Shown here in pieces: positions 9,181 to 16,752 of a stretch of 55,340 nt of DNA (its first letter is position 1; every line of letters starts with the position of its first letter). The notes under the pieces were generated by a model. It saw only the letters and a program-made list of their open reading frames with translations. It made no database searches and was not told the origin of the DNA. The position numbers and the translations under genes were made by a program. Source of the stretch: Clostridia bacterium (GTDB taxonomy: Bacteria > Bacillota > Clostridia > Oscillospirales > CAG-272); contig JAFQMP010000026.1 of the NCBI GenBank assembly GCA_017396225.1, positions 1-55,340 on the forward strand. The letters are read 5' to 3'.

Positions 9181-9452
9181 CACAAAAGCAAAAATGAGCT
9201 GACCAGGCTCACCGTGATAAACCCAAAGAAGAAGGGCATATCCAGGGGCATATTCCGAAACCAACCCAGGCGGTCAAACAGGGCGCGGAAGGGCAGAATA
9301 ATCGGCTCGGTCACCATTGTCACGAGCAGCAGAAAGGGATTATCCTCACGCAGGGGGAACCAGGAAAGTATGGCACGCACCAAAAAACAAAGCTGCACGA
9401 TTGATAAAAGCGCGCGCACCGTACCCACAAGAAGGGTAAGAAACAGGCTCAT
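9180..9452 (-). CDS. yggT: YggT/YlmG family membrane protein
   Basis: RAILSWFP...NP...TEPIILPFR...LD pattern; position in the ylm cluster. Confidence 0.9.
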   Translation of the reverse strand: MSLFLTLLVGTVRALLSIVQLCFLVRAILSWFPLREDNPFLLLVTMVTEPIILPFRALFDRLGWFRNMPLDMPFFFGFITVSLVSSFLLL

Positions 9453-9489
9453 GCCGAACTCCTTTCAAAAATATCGGGAGTGGTGTGAC

Positions 9490-9915
9490 TTAGTATTCCT
9501 CGTCACCGCGCTCCTCACCGGTTACCTCGCCCGCACGGGGAGAAAGCACCAGCGTAGTCTTGGTCAAGCGGCGGAATTCACCGTCAAGCACCTCAAGCGC
9601 ACCGAGCAAAAAGTCAATCAGGCGCATGGCAGCAGGGCGCTCAAGCTCCTCTATGTTCATCACAACGGTGTAGCCGTTCATCAGGTATCCTGCGATTGCG
9701 GGACCGTCATCGTAATTGCGGGGCGTCACCAGCTTGATATGATTACCGGTGGCTGCACTCTGCGAGGAACGCTTGGGTGCAGGGGGTGCAAGAGGCGCAT
9801 CGTCAATATCCTCCACAACGCCCTCAGCCTCTTCCTCATCGCCACGGTAAAAGCCGCTGTCGTAATCCTCGTAGCTTTCGTAATCGCTTCTCTTTCTTGC
9901 AAATGGATTTTTCAT
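9490..9915 (-). CDS. sepF: Cell division protein SepF
   Basis: P.NYDD...IA...VVMN.E......RLIDFL.GA...LDG core. Confidence 0.9.
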   Translation of the reverse strand: MKNPFARKRSDYESYEDYDSGFYRGDEEEAEGVVEDIDDAPLAPPAPKRSSQSAATGNHIKLVTPRNYDDGPAIAGYLMNGYTVVMNIEELERPAAMRLIDFLLGALEVLDGEFRRLTKTTLVLSPRAGEVTGEERGDEEY

Positions 9916-9945
9916 AAGAACCTCCGTCTATGTCTTTGTGTCATA

Positions 9946-10632
9946 TTATTTCAGGAACAAGCGTCTGCCGACACGTACGGCGTGCGCGCCCTCGGCAATT
10001 GCCGCCATAAAGCTTTCCGACATACCCATCGAAAGCTGCGGCTTACCGGAAAGGCCCAACGCTTGCCAGATTTCATCGGCCAATCTGCGTGTTTCAGCAA
10101 AATATTTGTGATAATCATCGGGGTTTTCGCAGTGCGGTGCCATTGTCATAAGACCGACAAGGGAGATACCGGGCAAGTCCACAATCTCGCGGCAAAGTGC
10201 AGCTGCGTCCTCGGGGAGCAGACCGCTTTTTGCCTCTTCCCTGCCGCTGTTCACCTCAACATACACATCAATCGTACGTCCCGCAGCCACTGCACGGCGG
10301 CTGATTTCAGCAGCAAGCGCCGAACTGTCCACCGAATGAATGGCAGCAACCTTATCCACGATATATTTCACCTTGTTACGCTGCAGCGTACCGATGAAAT
10401 GCACCTGCGCACCATGCGCCCTGATAATATCCCAATGTGCCAGCAGCTGCTGCACGCGATTTTCGCCGACCTCGGCAACGCCAAGGGAAAGTAACGCCTC
10501 CAGCTCTTCATCGGTAGCGTACTTGACAGCAGCAATCAATCTTGTCTGTCCCTCTCTGCCTGCGGCAACCTCAGCCTCAGCAAGCTCTGCGCGAACAGCG
10601 GCAAGATTTTTCTCAATATAAGTCATACTCAT
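9946..10632 (-). CDS. yggS: YggS/YlmE PLP-homeostasis protein
   Basis: GENRVQ, HFIGTLQRNKVK, GLMTMAP, LSMGMS, VRVGRRLF. Confidence 0.95.
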   Translation of the reverse strand: MSMTYIEKNLAAVRAELAEAEVAAGREGQTRLIAAVKYATDEELEALLSLGVAEVGENRVQQLLAHWDIIRAHGAQVHFIGTLQRNKVKYIVDKVAAIHSVDSSALAAEISRRAVAAGRTIDVYVEVNSGREEAKSGLLPEDAAALCREIVDLPGISLVGLMTMAPHCENPDDYHKYFAETRRLADEIWQALGLSGKPQLSMGMSESFMAAIAEGAHAVRVGRRLFLK

Positions 10633-11834
10633 AACACCTTGCCCTCATACACACGGCGCTTGGTAACGAGAATACGCTCACCCACCTGCAAGCTGCCCTC
10701 ACCCGCATCAATTGCTGCCAGACAGTAGCCGTTTTCCAGGCAAACAGGCACCACGGTGCGCCAAGCGGCGCGTCCCTCTGCGTACACATAAACACCGTAG
10801 CCGCCGTCCGCTTCAGTCAATGCCGACATCGGCACCCAAAGGCCTGAACGCTCCCCATAAACAAGAGAAACGGGCTGCCGTCTTTCAAAATTCGCAGGCG
10901 GCAGGCCCTCACCCGCCAGAACAAGCAGGCAATTTCCCTCCGCATCGGGCGCGCTGACCCGCACAAGCGTCATCATACGCACGTCACCCACCGCAGTAAA
11001 GGAAATCTCGTAGGTCACACCCACAGTAAAGCACGCCGCCTGAGATGCCGTCACAGGCAGTACCAAGCGCCACGCATGAAAAGAAACTATGCTGCCAATC
11101 AGCGCATCGGTGCTCTGAGGTGAGGCAAGCATTGCCGCAAGGCCCGCCACCGTCAAATCATCAACCGCGGCGACCTTCATATTCTCCTCAAAGCCGTCTG
11201 TTGCTCTGCGGAAGATACCGGGTGCTGCAGCCGTGACGGTATCACTGGCATCGCGGTCATTTTTGATTAACTCCTCAAATTCGGCACGCAACGCAGCAAT
11301 CTCCGCCGCACGTGCCTCCGCGCTCTCGGTCTGCGCAGCAAACAGCGCCAGCGCATCGGAAAGGGCAGCTATCTCATCAGGCGTTCCCTGCGTCCTGCCC
11401 TGAGAAATATTTTGCATCAGCGCGGTATACGCTGCGTGATAATCGGGGGGCGCCGTGGTATTGTCAAGCGCTTGCAGTCGCTCGATTTCCAGGGCAATCT
11501 CCTTCGCGCGCTCCCGCGTGCCTGCGCCCGCGCCGTCCGCATAGACAACAGCCAGCGTTTCACCCTGCGCAACAGACGCACCGTCCGAAACGCGATAATC
11601 AATCGGCCCGCGGTCAATGCTTTCTACGAGATGTGCATCATAGAAAAGATACCCCGCCGCATCGAAAGAAAGCGGCACGGATTTCGGGGAAGCCTCCTCG
11701 TATTGCAGCGCATCAGCAGTACGGGAAAATTCCGCTGCCAGAATACCGACGAGCAACGCCGTCAACAGCAAAACAGCCACAAACTGCAGCGCCAGCTGCC
11801 ATTTGCTCGGCGCGTTTTTTCTTCTGCTTGCCAC
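10629..11834 (-). CDS. Membrane-anchored HlyD/periplasmic-adaptor-like protein
   Basis: N-terminal TM, lipoyl-like VSDGASVAQGETLA, coiled segment, VTAAAPGIF..DGFE, GLWVPMSAL; ATGA overlap with yggS. Confidence 0.7.
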   Translation of the reverse strand: MASRRKNAPSKWQLALQFVAVLLLTALLVGILAAEFSRTADALQYEEASPKSVPLSFDAAGYLFYDAHLVESIDRGPIDYRVSDGASVAQGETLAVVYADGAGAGTRERAKEIALEIERLQALDNTTAPPDYHAAYTALMQNISQGRTQGTPDEIAALSDALALFAAQTESAEARAAEIAALRAEFEELIKNDRDASDTVTAAAPGIFRRATDGFEENMKVAAVDDLTVAGLAAMLASPQSTDALIGSIVSFHAWRLVLPVTASQAACFTVGVTYEISFTAVGDVRMMTLVRVSAPDAEGNCLLVLAGEGLPPANFERRQPVSLVYGERSGLWVPMSALTEADGGYGVYVYAEGRAAWRTVVPVCLENGYCLAAIDAGEGSLQVGERILVTKRRVYEGKVL

Positions 11835-11910
11835 GGCGTCCTCCTTTCACGCACGCTTATCACACGCGCGTAATATATAAAATAAATCCGCGATGATATA
11901 TTATACCATA

Positions 11911-12864
11911 CTATCGCGGATTTGAAATGATTTCAAGTGCATTGTTTACAATTTCTTCAAAATTTCGCAGTTTTCCGTCCCGATCCATCACCAACGGTGT
12001 GACATACGCCTTCGCTGAAAACCAGGTAATCTGCCGCTTGGCATAACGACGTGTTGCCTGTTTCAGGCTCTCGGTCGCCTCGGAAAGTGTGCAATCTCCC
12101 GCCAAATAAGGGAGCAATTCTTTATAACCAATAGCTGCTGCCGCCGTGTGGGAAATCTGAAACACGCCGCGCGCCGCAAGCATCTCGGTTTCCGCAAGCA
12201 GACCCTCGGCAAGCATTGCGTCCACACGCTCCTCAATGCGGCGATAAAGCAGCTCTCTGTCCGTGTAAGTCAGGTAAATCACGGTTGCATCATAACGCAT
12301 TGGCTGCTCGCGAGAGCGCCTGTCCCACTCGGTTTTTGTCACGCCTGTCAGCTCATACATTTCAAGGGCACGTATCACGCGGCGCAGATTGCCCGCAGGT
12401 ATCGCCGCCGCCGCATCGGAGTCCACTGCCGCAAGCCTGTCGTGAAGATGCTGTGCGCCGTAAGCCTCGGCCTCGGCAGCCAACCTTTCACGCAGCGCCG
12501 CGTCCCCACCGGGAGATTCGGGCATGCCGCGCAAGAACGCATCAAGATAAAGGCCTGTTCCGCCACAGAAAATCGGCAAGCGTCCGCGCGCGAGAATCTC
12601 CTGCACGGCAGTCTCTGCAGCCACCTGATAATCCACAGCAGAAAAATCCGCCTCAGGCTCTGCCACATCTAACAGATGATAGGGCACGCGGGCGCGATCA
12701 GCCACAGTCGGCTTCGCGGTGCCGATATCCATGTCACGGTAAATCTGCATGGAATCGCAGGAAACAATCTCGCCGTCAAGGCGCAATGCAAGTGCCTCGG
12801 CAAGTGCCGATTTTCCACTTGCTGTCGGGCCTACAACTGCAATAATTTTTGGCTTTTTTTTCAC
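11911..12864 (-). CDS. miaA: tRNA dimethylallyltransferase
   Basis: GPTASGKS, DSMQIYRDMDIGTAKP, GGTGLY, AIGYKE, TRRYAKRQITW. Confidence 0.97.
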   Translation of the reverse strand: MKKKPKIIAVVGPTASGKSALAEALALRLDGEIVSCDSMQIYRDMDIGTAKPTVADRARVPYHLLDVAEPEADFSAVDYQVAAETAVQEILARGRLPIFCGGTGLYLDAFLRGMPESPGGDAALRERLAAEAEAYGAQHLHDRLAAVDSDAAAAIPAGNLRRVIRALEMYELTGVTKTEWDRRSREQPMRYDATVIYLTYTDRELLYRRIEERVDAMLAEGLLAETEMLAARGVFQISHTAAAAIGYKELLPYLAGDCTLSEATESLKQATRRYAKRQITWFSAKAYVTPLVMDRDGKLRNFEEIVNNALEIISNPR

Positions 12865-12892
12865 CCGTATCCCCTCCTTTTCAAAAATTTAT

Positions 12893-12921
12893 TTTGCCGC
12901 CGCATCTGTTGCGGCGGCAAA
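12893..12921. terminator. GC-rich hairpin after the small membrane ORF
   Basis: tttgccgccgca-tctgt-tgcggcggcaaa; weak U-tract. Confidence 0.45.
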
Positions 12922-12928
12922 CCAATGA

Positions 12929-13147
12929 TTACAGGCTCGCGAAATACGGCAAGCCGATATTGATGTAGTCGTGCAAAATGCTGTGGTCGGAAAAGATGAA
13001 CCAGACAATAAGCACAATCACCACAACGGTAATCAAAAACTTTGCCAGCTTACCAAGCAAGCGCAGGGCAAGATAGCACGCCAGCACCGCAACCAGCACG
13101 GCAAGTGCAGCGGTGGCAATATCGGTAAAAAATTCTACATTCAGCAT
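12929..13147 (-). CDS. Small two-TM membrane protein of unknown function
   Basis: 72 aa, two hydrophobic helices, strong AGGAGG RBS. Confidence 0.75.
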   Translation of the reverse strand: MLNVEFFTDIATAALAVLVAVLACYLALRLLGKLAKFLITVVVIVLIVWFIFSDHSILHDYINIGLPYFASL

Positions 13148-13183
13148 TTTTCCTCCTATCCGTAAAACACCTGCGAAACGCCC

Positions 13184-13282
13184 TTATCCTTCAGCAATCC
13201 GCTTTGCCGCACGTGCCATACGGTCAATGTATTCCTCATATTTTATCTTTTTGTAAACCTCGATATATCCGTCATAGCTTCC
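13184..13282 (-). pseudogene. Probable 3'-terminal remnant of a lost gene (GSYDGYIEVYKKIKYEEYIDRMARAAKRIAEG*)
   Basis: About 32 protein-like codons ending in TAA; the frame opens after an in-frame TAG with no start codon at its 5' end, and it is fused to the truncated hairpin unit. Confidence 0.4.
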
Positions 13283-13306
13283 CTACGTCAAGCCGCTTTC
13301 AAGGAG

Positions 13307-13505
13307 CAACGCAGTATTGCGGAATTTATACAATCAGCATCGCGTCGCCGAAGCTAATGCTATACGCTGATTAGGAGAAATTTCGCAAGACAAGGCGTAA
13401 GGGCGCGAATGAGATGAAGCCGTAGTTGCCTACGGCGATTTGAATGAGTCGCCCGACAACGCAGTATTGCGGAATTTATACAATCAGCATCGCATCGCCA
13501 AAGGA
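13307..13505 (-). repeat. Direct repeat of the queA 3' end plus downstream flank (13457-13505 vs 13307-13355), 150-bp period
   Basis: 37 identical nt (caacgcagtattgcggaatttatacaatcagcatcgc), extended by synonymous variants: TCC TTT GGC GAT vs AGC TTC GGC GAC, both reading SFGDAMLIV*. Confidence 0.92.
13356..13490. mobile_element. Putative non-autonomous palindromic (MITE/REPIN-like or structured RNA) element at the queA stop
   Basis: Nested imperfect inverted repeats gctgatt/aatcagc, aaatttcgcaagac/gtattgcggaattt, gggcg/cgccc and a perfect central gccgtag-ttgc-ctacggc hairpin. Confidence 0.55.
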
Positions 13506-14555
13506 GAAAAACCGATATTTCTGCGCAACAGCAACTTTATACGCATCAAGCACGTGTGCGCGGTCGTAAAATGCGGACACCAGCATCACCAGGGTGCTCT
13601 CGGGCAGGTGGAAGTTCGTAATCAACGCGTCCACTGCCTTGAATTTGTATCCGGGGTAGATAAAAATGCCTGTATCCCCCGACACGGGGTGCACAATCCC
13701 CTGCTCATCAGTGACACTTTCCAGAGTGCGGCAGGAGGTTGTTCCGACGGCAATCACGCGTCCGCCGGCGGCGCGGCGCGCATTGATGAGGTCAGCACTT
13801 TCCTTTGATACCGATATGTATTCGGTGTGCATCACGTGCTCGTCAAGGCGGTCCACCTTCACAGGGCGGAAGGTGCCGAGACCCACGTGCAGCATCACAG
13901 GCGCAATCGCCACACCCTTTTCGCGCACACGGTCAAGCAGCTTCTCGGTAAAATGCAGCCCCGCGGTGGGTGCTGCGGCAGAGCCCTCCTCACGGGCATA
14001 AACAGTCTGATAACGGCTCTGGTCGGCGAGGCGCTCGGTGATATAGGGCGGCAGCGGCATCGTGCCGATGCGGTGCAGAATATCATAGATATTTGCATAC
14101 CGTTCGCGGTCATATTCAAATCGAATGAGGCGGTTGCCCTCGGCAACAATATCAGTCACCGTGCCCTTAAGCTCTCCTTCGCCAAAGACGAGGCGCGCGC
14201 CAAGCCTTGCGCGCTTACCGGGCTTTACCAGCACCTCCCAGGTATCAAGTGCGCGCTGACGGAGCAAAAGCAGCTCAATCGCAGCCTCAGGTCTGCCCTC
14301 AGCATGGCCGTAGATACGTGCGGGAATAACCTTGGAATCGTTAATGACAAGGACATCACCCTCACGAAGGTAATCAATGATATCATAAAAATGCTTGTGT
14401 GTCACCGTGTGTGCCGCGCGGTCAAGCACCATCAGGCGCGAGGCATCGCGTTCTGCCATCGGGTGCTGCGCAATCAGCTCCTCAGGCAAATCATAATAGA
14501 AATCCGCCGTCACAAGCTCGGTTTTCGGTTTTTGGTTTACGATGATTTCGGACAT
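13476..14555 (-). CDS. queA: S-adenosylmethionine:tRNA ribosyltransferase-isomerase
   Basis: YDLPEELIAQ, NDSKVIPAR, PLPPYI, YQTVYA..GSAAAPTAGLHFT, AVGTTS, TNFHLPEST, YRFFSFGDAMLI. Confidence 0.98.
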   Translation of the reverse strand: MSEIIVNQKPKTELVTADFYYDLPEELIAQHPMAERDASRLMVLDRAAHTVTHKHFYDIIDYLREGDVLVINDSKVIPARIYGHAEGRPEAAIELLLLRQRALDTWEVLVKPGKRARLGARLVFGEGELKGTVTDIVAEGNRLIRFEYDRERYANIYDILHRIGTMPLPPYITERLADQSRYQTVYAREEGSAAAPTAGLHFTEKLLDRVREKGVAIAPVMLHVGLGTFRPVKVDRLDEHVMHTEYISVSKESADLINARRAAGGRVIAVGTTSCRTLESVTDEQGIVHPVSGDTGIFIYPGYKFKAVDALITNFHLPESTLVMLVSAFYDRAHVLDAYKVAVAQKYRFFSFGDAMLIV

Positions 14556-14597
14556 AACATTCCTTTCAGAAAAGAAAAGATAATTTTCAAAAAAGCA

Positions 14598-14626
14598 TTG
14601 ACAAGTATCATTTCTTATGCTAATAT
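14598..14626 (+). promoter_or_regulatory. Sigma-A promoter of the dap leader
   Basis: TTGACA-17 nt-TAATAT with TGn. Confidence 0.7.
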
Positions 14627-14663
14627 GTTCCTAAGACCAAACCGGTCGGAAAAACATAATATA

Positions 14664-14828
14664 ATGATAGAGGCGCACATTGTGACCTCGCAAAAGCAAG
14701 GCAACCGCTGCCGTTTGAGCTTTTGTGGGAGCGCAGCGTGCCGAAGTGAGCGCGCGGCGGTCGGGTGCTTGCTGGTCTGCACGGTTCAGAGCTGTGGGAC
14801 TGTCGTCAGTATTGATGGAGAGCTATCT
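14664..14828 (+). ncRNA. Lysine riboswitch (L-box)
   Basis: gatAGAGGcGC start, GCCGAA, CTGTC...GGAG.GCTA end; P1 gatag/ctatc; upstream of dapA. Confidence 0.9.
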
Positions 14829-14873
14829 GTATATGTGCGGTAAGACGCCCTTACCTTATTATAGTACAAATAC

Positions 14874-14897
14874 AGCTGGTTTTCAACCAGTTTTTTT
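14874..14897 (+). terminator. Likely riboswitch-controlled leader terminator
   Basis: agctggtt-ttc-aaccagtt followed by a U-tract. Confidence 0.55.
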
Positions 14898-14950
14898 ATT
14901 TTTCTTGTGTTTTTCCGCGTTGCCGACAGAGTCGGAGAAAGGAACATACT

Positions 14951-15844
14951 ATGAGCAAACTGAAACCGAGCATCTTTGAGGGGGCTGCAACCGCGATTAT
15001 CACGCCCTTCAAAAACGGCGCAATGGATTTTGAGGCGATGGGCCGCCACATCGACCTGCAGATTGCAGGTGGCATTGATGCACTTGTCATCGCGGGCACT
15101 ACGGGTGAGGCATCTACCCTCTCCCACGAGGAGCACTGCGAGCTTTTGTCCTTTGCGGCAGAGCACGTGGCGGGGCGCGTGCCGATTATTGCGGGCACGG
15201 GCAGTAATGATACCGCCTACGGCATTGAGCTTTCGCGCTACGCCTGTGATGTTGGCTACGACGCACTTCTCATCGTCACCCCCTATTACAACAAGGCTAC
15301 CCCCAAGGGTCTTATTCGCAATTTCCTTGCAACCGCAGATGCAACCAATAAGCCGATTATCCTCTACAATGTTCCCTCTCGTACGGGTGTGAATATTCCG
15401 ATTTCGGTTTACCGTGAGCTTGCCAAGCACGAGCGCATTGTCGCCGTCAAGGAGGCATCGGGCAACATCTCCGCCATCGCGCAGCTCTTTGCCGAGTGTG
15501 GCGACGCCTTTGACATTTACTCGGGCAACGACGACCAGATTGTCCCCATTATGTCGATGGGCGGCAAGGGTGTCATTTCGGTCGTTTCCAACATACTGCC
15601 CCAAGAAACGCACGACCTCTGTGCAGCATGCCTTGCGGGCGACTTCAAGAAGGGCACCGAGATGCAGCTCCACTATCTGAAGCTCATCAACGCCCTCTTC
15701 TGCGAGGTCAACCCCGTTCCCGTCAAGACAGCAACTGAGCTTATGGGCATTTCGAATGGCGAGCTCCGCCTGCCCCTTTGCGAAATGGAGCCCGAAAACC
15801 GCGAAAAGCTGGCCCGCATCATGAAGGAATACGGCTTGATTTAA
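14951..15844 (+). CDS. dapA: 4-hydroxy-tetrahydrodipicolinate synthase
   Basis: GTTGE, PYYNK, LYNVPSRTG, VKEASG, YSGNDD, NPVPVK. Confidence 0.96.
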   Translation: MSKLKPSIFEGAATAIITPFKNGAMDFEAMGRHIDLQIAGGIDALVIAGTTGEASTLSHEEHCELLSFAAEHVAGRVPIIAGTGSNDTAYGIELSRYACDVGYDALLIVTPYYNKATPKGLIRNFLATADATNKPIILYNVPSRTGVNIPISVYRELAKHERIVAVKEASGNISAIAQLFAECGDAFDIYSGNDDQIVPIMSMGGKGVISVVSNILPQETHDLCAACLAGDFKKGTEMQLHYLKLINALFCEVNPVPVKTATELMGISNGELRLPLCEMEPENREKLARIMKEYGLI

Positions 15845-15865
15845 CCCCCGAAAGGAAGTTCCAAA

Positions 15866-16621
15866 ATGCTGAATATTATGCTTTGCGGCTGTGGAGGCCG
15901 CATGGGCGCCGCAGTAGCGGCTGCTGCAGCAGCTGCGGGCGACCGCATTGTGGCGGGTGTTGACATCAACCCCGCCGCCTCCAACCCTTATCCTGTTTTT
16001 GCCACCCCCGATGAATTTAATGGCAAAGCAGATGTCATCATCGATTTCTCGCACCATTCTGCGTTGTATGTGCTCCTGTCCTACGCGGAGCGCACTGCCA
16101 CCCCCATTGTTGTCTGCACAACGGGTCACTCTGAGGAGGAGCTGGCCCTGATGAAGGAAACTGCCACCCGTGTGCCTGTTTTTTTCTCCCGCAATATGTC
16201 GCTTGGCATCAATCTCTTAATGGCGCTCTGCCGCCGTGCTGCCGCCACACTGGGTGCCGACTTTGACGTGGAAATTATCGAAAAGCATCACAACAAAAAG
16301 CTTGACGCACCGAGCGGCACCGCCCTGATGCTGGCAGATGCCGTTGCCGAGGTCGACAAGGACGCGCACCCCTACGTATTTGAGCGCGCCAGCGAGCGTC
16401 GCGCACGTGCGCGCGGGGAGATTGGCATTTCTGCCGTACGCGGCGGCACCATTGTTGGCGAGCACGAGGTTTTATTCTGCGGCAAGGACGAGGTCATTAC
16501 CCTGGCGCACAGCGCTACCTCGCGCGAGGTATTTGCCACCGGTGCCATGCGCGCTGCCCACTTTATGGTCGGGCGTGCTGCAGGATTTTACAATATGGAC
16601 GACGTTATCAATTCCCTCTGA
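15866..16621 (+). CDS. dapB: 4-hydroxy-tetrahydrodipicolinate reductase
   Basis: GCGGRMG, IDFS, CTTG, NMSLG, EKHHNKKLDAPSGTA, RGGTIVGEH. Confidence 0.96.
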   Translation: MLNIMLCGCGGRMGAAVAAAAAAAGDRIVAGVDINPAASNPYPVFATPDEFNGKADVIIDFSHHSALYVLLSYAERTATPIVVCTTGHSEEELALMKETATRVPVFFSRNMSLGINLLMALCRRAAATLGADFDVEIIEKHHNKKLDAPSGTALMLADAVAEVDKDAHPYVFERASERRARARGEIGISAVRGGTIVGEHEVLFCGKDEVITLAHSATSREVFATGAMRAAHFMVGRAAGFYNMDDVINSL

Positions 16622-16656
16622 AAACAGGAGCACGCCGCGAGCGTGCTCCTGTTTTC
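16620..16656 (+). terminator. Intrinsic terminator after dapB
   Basis: gaaaacaggagcacgc-cgcga-gcgtgctcctgttttc. Confidence 0.85.
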
Positions 16657-16692
16657 ACATATGTGTTGACTTTCTGAAATTTTTCGCGAATG

Positions 16693-16721
16693 TTGACTAT
16701 TTGCTGCGAATGTATTATAAT
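16693..16721 (+). promoter_or_regulatory. Sigma-A promoter of the ABC exporter operon
   Basis: TTGACT-17 nt-TATAAT. Confidence 0.7.
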
Positions 16722-16752
16722 GTATACATCTATAAAAGAAAGAGGTTTTCCC

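Noticed and set aside
11862-11892. dif-like cacgcgcgtaa-tatata sequence
   Set aside because: Only the XerC-like half resembles dif; the XerD half (TTATGTTAAAT) is absent.
13307-13505. DGR template/variable repeat or CRISPR interpretation of the queA repeat
   Set aside because: The mismatches are synonymous and not confined to adenines in one copy; there is no reverse transcriptase or cas gene, only two copies, and the roughly 100-nt spacer is palindromic.
14560-14600. preQ1 riboswitch upstream of queA
   Set aside because: No preQ1 consensus is visible; the structured RNA nearby is the lysine riboswitch on the opposite strand.
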